Source: Deltaproteobacteria bacterium | GTDB taxonomy: Bacteria; Desulfobacterota; GWC2-55-46; DRQE01 | Direction: 5' to 3' | NCBI GenBank assembly: GCA_015492245.1 | Contig: WGFM01000017.1 | Span: 38,693 to 102,692, forward strand | DNA: 64,000 nt | Shown here: positions 48,587 through 57,573 of the stretch, one piece after another | How positions within the stretch are numbered: the stretch's first letter is position 1 | Layout: each line of letters begins with the position of its first letter | Notes under the pieces: model-generated | Seen by the model: the letters and a program-made list of their open reading frames with translations, nothing else | The model's database searches: none | What the model was told of the DNA's origin: nothing | Made by a program: the position numbers and the translations under genes

Positions 48587-49441
48587 ATGATACCCCTCTA
48601 TCCAGAAACCACGGAGGTTACACTCCAGGAAAAGGAAGAACTCGCCCCTTTTTTCTCATCCATCGATGAGCGAATCTCTGAGTTCACCTTTGCAAACATA
48701 TACCTCTTCAGATACACACACAACTACAGGCTCTCACGGTTACCGGATGATAGAATACTCATCACAGGAAGTGATGATGGAGAAAGTTTCTTCATCCTTC
48801 CAGGAGGGCCTGTAGAACCCACCCTCCTTGAAGAGCTCTTCGAAAGGTTCTCCTCCATGAAGTGTGTATCAGAGAGGTTCGCAAAAGTGCTCGAAAGGCG
48901 TGGCTACAGGGTTACGGAGGACAGGGATAACTTCGACTACATCTTCCTTACAGAAGGGCTCGGCAGCCTCTCTGGAAGAAAGATGCACAAAAAGAAGAAC
49001 CTTTACAACAGGTTTGTCTCCACCTGGAATGCAACCCTTGAGCCCATAGATGAAAGAAGAAGGGCACAGGTGCTGAGTGTGCTCGAACGATGGCGGGAAG
49101 AGAGAGAAGATGGGGGAGACTACAGGGCTGCAAAAGAGGGAATAGAGCTGTTCGGTGAGCTGGGGCTTGAAGGCAGCCTCTGCTGCATAGACGATACACC
49201 CGTTGGATTCATCCTCGGCGAGCCCCATCCCTGTGGAGACACCTTTCTTGTTCACTTCAGAAAATCTGTAAGGGGTTATACAGGGATAGCGGAGTTTGTG
49301 CTCAAAACCTTTGCAGAGAGGATTAAAGAGAGGTTTCGATACATAAACATGGAGCAGGACCTCGGCAGAGAGGGCCTCAGGCAGGCAAAGCTGGGGTTCA
49401 GGCCCACAGGATTTGTAAAAAAGTTCAGGGCTTACAGATGA
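48587..49441 (+). CDS. GNAT-fold protein, DUF2156/LPG-synthase-C-like (possible aminoacyl-tRNA or acyl-utilising transferase)
   Basis: 284 aa. Pattern …FANIYLFRY… and C-terminal …INMEQDLGREGLRQAKLGFRPTG… resemble MprF C-domain / FemAB-like GNAT proteins. Low-confidence assignment. Confidence 0.35.
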   Translation: MIPLYPETTEVTLQEKEELAPFFSSIDERISEFTFANIYLFRYTHNYRLSRLPDDRILITGSDDGESFFILPGGPVEPTLLEELFERFSSMKCVSERFAKVLERRGYRVTEDRDNFDYIFLTEGLGSLSGRKMHKKKNLYNRFVSTWNATLEPIDERRRAQVLSVLERWREEREDGGDYRAAKEGIELFGELGLEGSLCCIDDTPVGFILGEPHPCGDTFLVHFRKSVRGYTGIAEFVLKTFAERIKERFRYINMEQDLGREGLRQAKLGFRPTGFVKKFRAYR

Positions 49442-50442
49442 TGGTTCAACGCTACTATCCGCTCTCTCGCTACCTTAAGGAGCGCTTTGGCTCAAGGGTG
49501 CAGCGGGTCTCCATATACGGCGGGTTTACCTGCCCCAACAGAGACGGCACACTCTCCACAGGTGGCTGCATATACTGTGTGCCAGCCCTTCTCATACCCG
49601 ATGCATACACGGCCGGGATGGGTGTTACAGAACAGCTCAATACAGGCATAAAGAGGCTTAAGAAGAGATACCGCACAGACAGGTTCATCGCCTACTTCCA
49701 GATAAACACCAGCACCCATGCCCCACTTGAAGAGCTTGAAAAACTCTATACCGAGGCCATTGGACACCCCCATGTGGTTGCCCTCTGTGTGTCCACACGA
49801 CCTGATTGCGTGGACTCAGGGGTGCTTGAGCTACTCTCTCGCCTCAAGGAGGAAAAACACCTGTGGATAGAGCTTGGGCTACAGTCGGCCAACAACAGAA
49901 CACTCGAGATCATAAACCGTGGGCACAGCGTGGAGGACTTTGGAAGATGTGTTGAAAAGACAAAGGCCTACGGGATAGATGTCTGCACCCATGTGATATT
50001 CGGGCTACCAGGTGAGGGCAGAGAGGATATGCTCGAAACCATAGGGCTTGTGGCCGAACTCGAGCTGTGGGGCATAAAGTTTCACCAGCTCGATATAGTA
50101 AAGGGCACCCCGGTTGAGGCCCTCTTCAGAGAGGGCAGACTCTCCCCCCTTGAGCTTGAAGCATATGTAGAGTGTGTGGTAGAATCCCTTGAGCTTCTCT
50201 CGCCACATACCACCATACACAGGCTCTCTGGCTCCACACCGGCCGAACACCTCGTAGCTCCCCTGTGGAGCCTCGACAGAGAAAGGGTGAGAAGGACCGT
50301 AGAAGGGCTTCTCGAAAAGAGGAATACATGGCAGGGAAGGCTCTGGAATAAAAACAAAGGAGGCTTGGAAGATGGCAGACCCAAGGGTTGGAAGACTTGC
50401 CACCATACTTGTGAACCACTCTCTACAGGTAAAAAAAGATGA
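49438..50442 (+). CDS. radical SAM protein, TIGR01212 (YhcC-like, Elp3-related) family
   Basis: 334 aa. N-terminal …GGFTCPNRDG…GGCIYC… cluster characteristic of TIGR01212, then a TIM-barrel rSAM core. 4-nt overlap with the upstream gene. Confidence 0.8.
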   Translation: MMVQRYYPLSRYLKERFGSRVQRVSIYGGFTCPNRDGTLSTGGCIYCVPALLIPDAYTAGMGVTEQLNTGIKRLKKRYRTDRFIAYFQINTSTHAPLEELEKLYTEAIGHPHVVALCVSTRPDCVDSGVLELLSRLKEEKHLWIELGLQSANNRTLEIINRGHSVEDFGRCVEKTKAYGIDVCTHVIFGLPGEGREDMLETIGLVAELELWGIKFHQLDIVKGTPVEALFREGRLSPLELEAYVECVVESLELLSPHTTIHRLSGSTPAEHLVAPLWSLDRERVRRTVEGLLEKRNTWQGRLWNKNKGGLEDGRPKGWKTCHHTCEPLSTGKKR

Positions 50443-51442
50443 GCTGGTTCTTATAAACTCATCGAGTGAGCTTGCAAAACCACTGGTGCTTGCACTCTAC
50501 AGGGAGGTCCTTCGGGCAGGGGGACACCCTTACATGAACATAGGCTTCGAAGAGGCTACGAACATCTTCTACAAAGAGGCGGGAGAGGCCCAGCTTCTTC
50601 ACTTCCCGAAGATAAGACACTACGAGGCAAAAAACATGGATTGTGTTGTAAACATCCGTGCCCCTATAAACAAGAAGGCCCTTTCCAGTGTAGACCCTGT
50701 GAAGATGGGCAGGCGCGCAAAGGTATTAAGGCCCATAATGGATACCATAGTGAACAAGAAACGCTGGGTGCTGTGCAACTATCCCACAAATGCACTGGCA
50801 CAGGAGGCAGACATGAGCCTCGAAGAATACGAACAGTTCCTCTATGGCGCAACAAACATAGACTGGAACAGGGTCAGGAAACTTACAGAGAAACTGAAAA
50901 GGCTGCTCGATAAGGCCTCGGAGATAAGGATAGTGGGTGAAGATACAGACCTTACACTGAGCATAAAGGGCCGGCCTGCCATACCCTGCTGGGGTGAGCG
51001 TAACATGCCCGATGGAGAGGTCTTCCTCTCGCCTGTTGAAGACTCTGCAGAGGGCTACATATACTACGAGCATCCTGCCATATACCAGGGTAGAGAGGTT
51101 ACGGGCATAAGGCTGCGGTTCAGAAGGGGCAGGGTGGTTGAGGCAAGGGCCGAAAAGGGCGAGGAGTTCCTCCTCTCCATGCTCTCCACAGACAGGGGTG
51201 CGCGCTACCTTGGAGAGATAGGCATAGGGGTCAACTACGGGATAAAGAAGTTCTCAAAGGACATACTCTTCGATGAGAAGATAGGTGGCACCGTGCACCT
51301 TGCCATCGGCAAGTCCTACAAGGAGGCAGGCGGCAGGAACATATCTGCCATACACTGGGATATGATAAAGGACTTGAGAAAAGGCGGCACACTCTACATG
51401 GACGGAAAACCCATACAGAAAAACGGCAGATTCCTCATCTGA
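50372..51442 (+). CDS. aminopeptidase, M29 family (AmpS/PepS-like)
   Basis: 356 aa. N-terminus MADPRVGRLATILVNHSLQVKKDELVLI… and C-terminal metal-binding residues typical of thermophilic M29 aminopeptidases. Overlaps the upstream ORF by 70 nt in another frame. Confidence 0.75.
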   Translation: MADPRVGRLATILVNHSLQVKKDELVLINSSSELAKPLVLALYREVLRAGGHPYMNIGFEEATNIFYKEAGEAQLLHFPKIRHYEAKNMDCVVNIRAPINKKALSSVDPVKMGRRAKVLRPIMDTIVNKKRWVLCNYPTNALAQEADMSLEEYEQFLYGATNIDWNRVRKLTEKLKRLLDKASEIRIVGEDTDLTLSIKGRPAIPCWGERNMPDGEVFLSPVEDSAEGYIYYEHPAIYQGREVTGIRLRFRRGRVVEARAEKGEEFLLSMLSTDRGARYLGEIGIGVNYGIKKFSKDILFDEKIGGTVHLAIGKSYKEAGGRNISAIHWDMIKDLRKGGTLYMDGKPIQKNGRFLI

Positions 51443-51515
51443 CTCAAAAATACTTGAATAAAGCCAGAAATAGAGATATTATCAAAAGCTATACAAAACA
51501 AAGGACTTTTCACGG

Positions 51516-52100
51516 ATGGAAAGGCAGACCCTTCTTAACACCATAGAGGAAGCCATCGGGATAAAGAGGCGTTTCTTCGAAGAGAACGCAGAGAGGCTTG
51601 TAGAAGGTGCCCATCTTCTGGCAGAGGCATTTAAGAAGGGAGGAAAACTTCTTATTGTGGGCAATGGTGGTTCCTCTGCAGATGCACAGCACCTTGCCGC
51701 AGAGTTTGTAAACCGCTTTGAGATGGAGCGCCCACCGCTGCCTGCAATAGCACTTACAACGGATACCTCGATCCTCACAAGCGTAAGCAATGACTACAGC
51801 TTCGATGAGGTCTTCTCAAAACAGCTGCGGGCACTGGGAGCCACGGGAGACATGCTCCTTGCCATATCCACAAGTGGCGACTCAGAGAATGTGCTAAAGG
51901 CTGTTCGGACGGCAAGAGAGATGAGTATGGGCTCCATAGCCCTTACAGGTAGAGACGGCGGAAGGCTGAAAGCTCTGGCAGATATAAGCCTTGTGGTGGA
52001 GACAGATAGCACCCCCAGGATACAGGAGGTGCACATAACCGCCTGCCACATACTCTGCGAGCTCGTTGAACAGATACTGTTTAAGGGATGCAGCAGATGA
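51516..52100 (+). CDS. gmhA: SIS-domain phosphoheptose isomerase
   Basis: 194 aa SIS domain (…LLIVGNGGSSADAQHLAAEF…, …ISTSGDSENV…). Confidence 0.8.
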   Translation: MERQTLLNTIEEAIGIKRRFFEENAERLVEGAHLLAEAFKKGGKLLIVGNGGSSADAQHLAAEFVNRFEMERPPLPAIALTTDTSILTSVSNDYSFDEVFSKQLRALGATGDMLLAISTSGDSENVLKAVRTAREMSMGSIALTGRDGGRLKALADISLVVETDSTPRIQEVHITACHILCELVEQILFKGCSR

Positions 52101-53041
52101 AGTTCAAACCCATAGGGCCTGAGGGGGTAAAGACCTGTTCCCTCAAGGAGAGAAAGAGCAAGGTCTCTCTCGAGGGGCTCTGCGGACTATTTTCCAAAGG
52201 CGGCAGCTTCCAGGAGTTCATCTCCACCCTTCCCCACCTCCTTGCAGGCAACACCTTGAGGGAGGTAATCGGTGCAATCCTTGATGCCACGAGGGCCGGA
52301 AAGACCGTTGCCATGGGCATGGGGGCACATGTCATAAAGACAGGCTTGAGCCCCATAATAATAGACCTGATGCGCCGTGGTGTTGTAAATGCCGTGGCGA
52401 TGAATGGTGCAGGCATAGTGCACGACTTTGAGCTCGCCTTTGCAGGCACAACATCAGAGGATGTGGAGGACGCCCTCTCGACCGGCAGGTTCGGCATGGC
52501 AGAAGAGACAGGCACAATGATAAACGAGGCCATAAAGCGTGGGGCAAGAAGGGGGCTCGGTATGGGCGAGTCTGTGGGCAGAATGATAGAGAAGAGTGAT
52601 TTCCCCTACAGGGATACGAGTATCCTTGCTGCTGGCACAAGATACGGTGTGCCTGTTACCGTGCATGTGGCGATGGGCACGGACATACTCCATATACACC
52701 CTGCAGTGGATGGTGCACTTACAGGCAGGGCCACCCTAAAGGACTTCCGCCTCTTTACCGGCGTGGTGGCAACCCTCGAGGGAGGGGTGTTCCTAAATGT
52801 AGGCTCTGCGGTTATAATACCAGAGGTGTTCCTCAAGGCACTCACCCTTGCAAGAAACCTTGGCCACAGGGTAAAGAGGTTTACCACCGTAAATATGGAC
52901 TTCATCCAGCACTACAGACCCATTACCAATGTGGTAAGGCGCCCCACCATGGAGGGTGGCAGGGGCTACACCCTTACAGGACACCATGAGATAATGCTGC
53001 CCCTCATATATGCGGGCATAACAGAAGGGCTTGGAGAATAA
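52088..53041 (+). CDS. deoxyhypusine synthase-like (DHS-like NAD-binding) family protein
   Basis: 317 aa. Segments …GVVNAVAMNGAGIVHDFE… and …VPVTVHVAMGTDILHIHP… parallel DHS motifs (…MVDVLVTTAGGVEED…, …IPVFSPALTDGSLGD…). Family-level call only. Confidence 0.45.
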   Translation: MQQMKFKPIGPEGVKTCSLKERKSKVSLEGLCGLFSKGGSFQEFISTLPHLLAGNTLREVIGAILDATRAGKTVAMGMGAHVIKTGLSPIIIDLMRRGVVNAVAMNGAGIVHDFELAFAGTTSEDVEDALSTGRFGMAEETGTMINEAIKRGARRGLGMGESVGRMIEKSDFPYRDTSILAAGTRYGVPVTVHVAMGTDILHIHPAVDGALTGRATLKDFRLFTGVVATLEGGVFLNVGSAVIIPEVFLKALTLARNLGHRVKRFTTVNMDFIQHYRPITNVVRRPTMEGGRGYTLTGHHEIMLPLIYAGITEGLGE

Positions 53042-54437
53042 AACCATGGGAAAGAGAAAACCCTGGGCAGGCAGGTTCAAGAAGGCGCTTCATCCCCTTG
53101 TGGAGGAGTTTACCGCCTCCATAGGGTTCGACAAGAGGCTTTTCCACCAGGACATAAGGGGCTCCATCGCCCAGGCACATCTTCTTGAGAGGGCAGGTAT
53201 ACTCACAAAAAGAGAAAGGGCCAGGATAGAGCGTGCACTTAAGGAAATAGAAAAAGAGATAGAGACCGGCAGACTCTCCCTTGGCACCGATACCGAGGAC
53301 ATCCACATGGCCATAGAGAAAAGGCTTATAGAGAAGATAGGCCTGCTGGGTGGAAAGCTCCACACAGGTAGATCAAGAAACGACCAGGTAGCCCTTGACT
53401 TAAGGCTCTACATAAAAGAGGAGACCAGCAATATACTCCGCCTTATACACACGCTCAAGACCACCCTATATGAGCTGGCCAGAAAGAACATTGATGTCAT
53501 AATGCCGGGCTATACACATCTACAGAGGGCACAGGCGGTGCCGCTGGCACAACATCTTCTTGCATACTACGAGATGCTCAAGAGAGACAGCCAGAGGCTC
53601 AAGGATTGTCTCAAAAGGGTGGACTCCATGCCCCTTGGCTCTGGCGCCCTTGCAGGCACAGCCTTCGATGTGGACAGACACTACGGGGCAGAGCTTCTGG
53701 GGTTTTCAACTGTTACAGAAAACAGCATGGATGCCGTGAGCGATAGAGACTTCGTTATAGAGTTCATAAGCCACTGTGCGGTGGTTATGATGCATCTGTC
53801 CAGGATGTGTGAAGAGATAATACTCTGGGCAACAGAGGAGTTCGGTTTCATGGAGCTTGACGATAGCTTTTCTACAGGCTCAAGCCTCATGCCACAGAAG
53901 AAGAACCCCGATGTGGCAGAACTCGTAAGGGGAAAGACCGGCAGGGTCTATGGAAACCTTGTTGCCATACTCACCGTCATGAAGGCCCTGCCCTTAACCT
54001 ACAACCGCGACATGCAGGAAGACAAGGAACCACTTTTCGACACTGTAGATACGGTGAAGGGCTCGCTTTCTGTTGTCTCCCCCATGCTCCGAACGATGAA
54101 GATCAAAAAAGACGCCCTCCTTGAGGCAACCCGTGGAGGATTTCTTACCGCAACAGATGTGGCAGACTATCTTGTAATGAAGGGTGTTCCCTTCAGGGAG
54201 TCCCATCACATAGCAGGCAGTATAGTTGCCCACTGTATAGACAGGGGTAAGGAGCTTACAGAGCTTTCGCTTTCCGAGTGGCAGCGCTTTTCCCCGCTCA
54301 TCGAAGAGGATATAAAGAAGGTCATAACCCCCGAGGGCTCTCTGGAAAGGAGAAGGGCCCCTGGCGCTGCATCCATCAGGGAGGTCAGGCGTCAGCTCAA
54401 AAGAATAGAAAGGGAACTAAAAAAAGAATCCCTATGA
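53031..54437 (+). CDS. argH: argininosuccinate lyase
   Basis: 468 aa fumarate-lyase superfamily with signature GSSLMPQKKNPD. Confidence 0.92.
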   Translation: MENKTMGKRKPWAGRFKKALHPLVEEFTASIGFDKRLFHQDIRGSIAQAHLLERAGILTKRERARIERALKEIEKEIETGRLSLGTDTEDIHMAIEKRLIEKIGLLGGKLHTGRSRNDQVALDLRLYIKEETSNILRLIHTLKTTLYELARKNIDVIMPGYTHLQRAQAVPLAQHLLAYYEMLKRDSQRLKDCLKRVDSMPLGSGALAGTAFDVDRHYGAELLGFSTVTENSMDAVSDRDFVIEFISHCAVVMMHLSRMCEEIILWATEEFGFMELDDSFSTGSSLMPQKKNPDVAELVRGKTGRVYGNLVAILTVMKALPLTYNRDMQEDKEPLFDTVDTVKGSLSVVSPMLRTMKIKKDALLEATRGGFLTATDVADYLVMKGVPFRESHHIAGSIVAHCIDRGKELTELSLSEWQRFSPLIEEDIKKVITPEGSLERRRAPGAASIREVRRQLKRIERELKKESL

Positions 54438-54583
54438 AGGCAAAAACATTTCTTCTGATAATACTCACAGTCTCTGTAATCTCCTTTTCATACGGTTGTG
54501 GCAGGAAGGCACCTCCACAACCACCGCTTGAAGAAGAAAGACACGCTTCCAAGGAGGTAGACCATGCACTACTTCGACTATAG
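54434..54583 (+). CDS. small lipoprotein, LptM/YifL-like (lysA-associated)
   Basis: 49 aa: MKAKTFLLIILTVSVISFSYGCGRKAPPQPPLEEE… has a signal peptide, a lipobox (SYGC), and a Pro-rich stretch after Cys. Its ATG overlaps the argH stop (ATGA) and its 3' end overlaps the lysA start. Confidence 0.4.
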   Translation: MKAKTFLLIILTVSVISFSYGCGRKAPPQPPLEEERHASKEVDHALLRL

Positions 54584-55823
54584 ACGGGGCAAGCTCTACG
54601 CAGAGGGTGTATCCATAGAGAGGATAGCCCGTGAGGTTGGCACCCCTGTCTTTATCTACAGTGCAAAGACCACAAGGAGGCACTACCGTGCCTTCGATGG
54701 TGCGTTTCGTGGGGCAAAACACCTTGTGTGTTACTCTGTGAAGGCAAACTCGAATATAGCCATCTTAAGGCTTCTTTCGAAAGAAGGTAGCGGGTTCGAC
54801 ATAGTCTCTGGTGGTGAGCTCTTCAGGGTCCTCAAGGCAGGTGGGGATGTGAGGAAGGTTGTATTCTCAGGGGTTGGAAAGAGGGATGACGAGATAGAGT
54901 ATGCAATAAAGAAGAACATCCTCATGTTCAATGTGGAAAGCCCCCAGGAACTGCGAAGGATACACTCCATAGCAAGAAGACTTAGAAAGAAGACCCCAAT
55001 AGCCATAAGGGTGAACCCTGACATAGACCCGAAAACACACCCCTACATATCCACAGGACTCAAGAAGAACAAGTTCGGCATAGAGACAGAGCTTGCCATA
55101 AAGGAATACATCCATGCAAAACAGAATCTTCCATGGCTTGAGCCCATAGGGGTGGACTGCCACATAGGCTCGCAGATAACAGAGCTTTCGCCCTTTGTGG
55201 AGGCCCTTAAGAGGGTGGTAAAGCTGGTAAACTTCCTGCAGTCTGAGGGACTCAACATAGGGTATCTCAACATGGGTGGTGGGCTCGGCATAACCTACAG
55301 GGATGAGGCCCCTCCCCATCCTTCAAGCTATGGTGAGGCGGTTATAAGAGAGACAGGGGGGCTCGGGCTTACACTCATATTCGAGCCGGGTAGAGTCATA
55401 ATGGGTAACTCGGGGATACTCGCCACAAAGGTGCTCTATACAAAAGAGGGTAGCCTTAAGAACTTCGTCATAGTGGATGCCGCAATGAACGATCTGCCAC
55501 GCCCCTCTCTTTACGATGCATATCACGAGGTAAGGCCCGTGGTAGACAAGAAGAGGGGAGAGCTTACGGCAGACATCGTCGGGCCCATCTGTGAGTCCGG
55601 AGACTTTCTTGCAAGGGACAGAACCATAAAAGAGGTGGAGCCAGGGGAGTTACTCGCCTTCATGAGCGCAGGCGCCTATTGCTTCTCCATGTCCAGCAAC
55701 TATAACTCACGGCCCAGAAGTGCAGAGGTGCTTGTAACAGGCAGAACCTACCATGTGATAAGAAAGAGGGAGGGGCTTAAAGACCTCATAAGGGGCGAAA
55801 TCATACCAGAAGGGCTTGAATAA
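54564..55823 (+). CDS. lysA: diaminopimelate decarboxylase
   Basis: 419 aa fold-III PLP decarboxylase (…VCYSVKANSN…, …EPGR…). Followed by dapF-dapA-dapB. Confidence 0.88.
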   Translation: MHYFDYRRGKLYAEGVSIERIAREVGTPVFIYSAKTTRRHYRAFDGAFRGAKHLVCYSVKANSNIAILRLLSKEGSGFDIVSGGELFRVLKAGGDVRKVVFSGVGKRDDEIEYAIKKNILMFNVESPQELRRIHSIARRLRKKTPIAIRVNPDIDPKTHPYISTGLKKNKFGIETELAIKEYIHAKQNLPWLEPIGVDCHIGSQITELSPFVEALKRVVKLVNFLQSEGLNIGYLNMGGGLGITYRDEAPPHPSSYGEAVIRETGGLGLTLIFEPGRVIMGNSGILATKVLYTKEGSLKNFVIVDAAMNDLPRPSLYDAYHEVRPVVDKKRGELTADIVGPICESGDFLARDRTIKEVEPGELLAFMSAGAYCFSMSSNYNSRPRSAEVLVTGRTYHVIRKREGLKDLIRGEIIPEGLE

Positions 55824-55848
55824 AACCCTGTGTGGAAGAGGTGGAAGG

Positions 55849-56685
55849 ATGAAGCTTGAGTTTGTAAAGATGCACGGGCTTGGAAACGACTTTATGGTGC
55901 TTGACCTCAGGGGCAGGCGTATAAGGGGGCTTGCAGATATTGTAAAGAGGCTTTCCAACAGAAGGTTCGGCATAGGGTTCGACCAGGCCCTCCTTCTCAA
56001 GGACTCGAAGAAGGCAGACTTCTGTATGGAGATATACAACGCCGATGGCTCCAGGGTTGAGATGTGTGGCAACGGGATAAGGTGTGTTGCAAACTACATA
56101 TGGAAAAGGGGGCTTAAAAGAAAGCCCTCACTCTCCATAGAGACTCTGGCAGGCATAAAGGTGGTCGAAAGGATAAAGGGTGGGCTTGTAAGGGCGGATA
56201 TGGGTAAACCGGTGCTCGAAGGCAGCCTCATACCCGTAAGGAAGAAGGGGCATGTAAAGGATTATCCCCTGAAAGCGGGTGGAAAAAGATTCGAGGTTAG
56301 CTGTGTATCCATGGGTAATCCCCATTGCGTGATACTTGTGGACTCTACAGATGACTTCGATGTTGCCCGTTTCGGCCCGCTGCTTGAGACCCACAGGTTC
56401 TTTCCCAGAAGGACCAATGTGGAGTTTGTGGAGGTGATAAACAAAAAGAGGATAAGGATGCGTGTGTGGGAAAGGGGCAGTGGAGAGACCCTCGCCTGTG
56501 GCACAGGCGCCTGTGCGAGTGCGGTGGCAACACACATAAAAGGATTGACACAGCGAAAGGTTGTGGTCTATCTTAAAGGAGGGGAACTCCTTATAGAATG
56601 GTCGAGAGACGACAACCATGTATACATGACAGGCCCGGCAGAAGAGGTCTTCGAGGGCACAATAGATGTAAAATCCAGGAGGTAA
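55849..56685 (+). CDS. dapF: diaminopimelate epimerase
   Basis: MKLEFVKMHGLGNDF N-terminus, two catalytic Cys (…MCGNG…, …ACGTGACA…). Start at the internal ATG at 55849 with an upstream GGAGG-like RBS. Confidence 0.9.
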   Translation: MKLEFVKMHGLGNDFMVLDLRGRRIRGLADIVKRLSNRRFGIGFDQALLLKDSKKADFCMEIYNADGSRVEMCGNGIRCVANYIWKRGLKRKPSLSIETLAGIKVVERIKGGLVRADMGKPVLEGSLIPVRKKGHVKDYPLKAGGKRFEVSCVSMGNPHCVILVDSTDDFDVARFGPLLETHRFFPRRTNVEFVEVINKKRIRMRVWERGSGETLACGTGACASAVATHIKGLTQRKVVVYLKGGELLIEWSRDDNHVYMTGPAEEVFEGTIDVKSRR

Positions 56686-56691
56686 CAGGCC

Positions 56692-57573
56692 ATGTTCAAG
56701 GGCTGTTTCACAGCACTGGTTACACCGTTCAGAGAGGGCAGGATAGATGAAGAAGCCCTGGGAAGGCTTCTTCGTCTACAGATAGAGGCAGGGGTGTCTG
56801 GTGTGGTTCCATGCGGCACCACAGGAGAGAGCGCCACCCTCTCCTACGAAGAGCACAATCGCCTTGTGGAGCTTACAAAAGAGCTCACCGATGGCAAAAT
56901 AAAGGTTATAGCAGGCACGGGCTCCAACTCCACGGCAGAGACCATCATGCTCACAAGACATGCAGAAGAGGTTGGGGCAGATGGAGCACTCCTTATAACA
57001 CCCTATTACAACAAACCCACACAACATGGACTCTTCGAGCATTACAGAAAGGTCTCAGAGCATACCTCCATACCCATAATCCTCTACAATGTGCCAGGAA
57101 GAACCGGCGTCAACATGCTTCCAGAGACGGTGGCAAGACTTTCGGAGCTTGAAAACATCGCTGGAATAAAAGAGGCATCGGGAGACCTTGACCAGGTAAG
57201 TAAAATCATAGAGCTGACGGATGAGGACTTCGCCGTGCTGTCAGGCGATGACTCACTTATACTGCCAATGCTTGCCATAGGAGGAAAAGGGGTAATATCT
57301 GTAACATCCAACCTGTTGCCCCCAGAGGTCTCGCTTCTTTGTAAACACTTCTTCGATGGCAACCTCGAGGAGGCAAGAAGGCTACACCAGAGGCTTCAGC
57401 CTCTCAACAGGGCCATGTTCATGGAGACCAACCCCATTCCTGTCAAAACCGCACTTGCCATGATGGGGTGTGTGGAGGAAGAGTTGAGGTTGCCGCTTAC
57501 ACCGATGGCTGACGCAAACAGGATAAGGCTTGAGGAACTGCTTAAAAACTACGGACTCATCAAGGAGGCTTGA
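56692..57573 (+). CDS. dapA: 4-hydroxy-tetrahydrodipicolinate synthase
   Basis: 293 aa TIM-barrel aldolase (…GTTGES…, Schiff-base Lys region …YNVPGRTG…). Confidence 0.9.
   Translation: MFKGCFTALVTPFREGRIDEEALGRLLRLQIEAGVSGVVPCGTTGESATLSYEEHNRLVELTKELTDGKIKVIAGTGSNSTAETIMLTRHAEEVGADGALLITPYYNKPTQHGLFEHYRKVSEHTSIPIILYNVPGRTGVNMLPETVARLSELENIAGIKEASGDLDQVSKIIELTDEDFAVLSGDDSLILPMLAIGGKGVISVTSNLLPPEVSLLCKHFFDGNLEEARRLHQRLQPLNRAMFMETNPIPVKTALAMMGCVEEELRLPLTPMADANRIRLEELLKNYGLIKEA

Noticed and set aside
50372-50442. Possible frameshift joining the TIGR01212 radical SAM gene and the M29 aminopeptidase (70-nt overlap)
   Set aside because: Both proteins are complete families on their own (rSAM C-terminus and aminopeptidase N-terminus MADPRV… both look native). 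The overlap is in different frames without a homopolymer. Treated as genuine overlapping genes.
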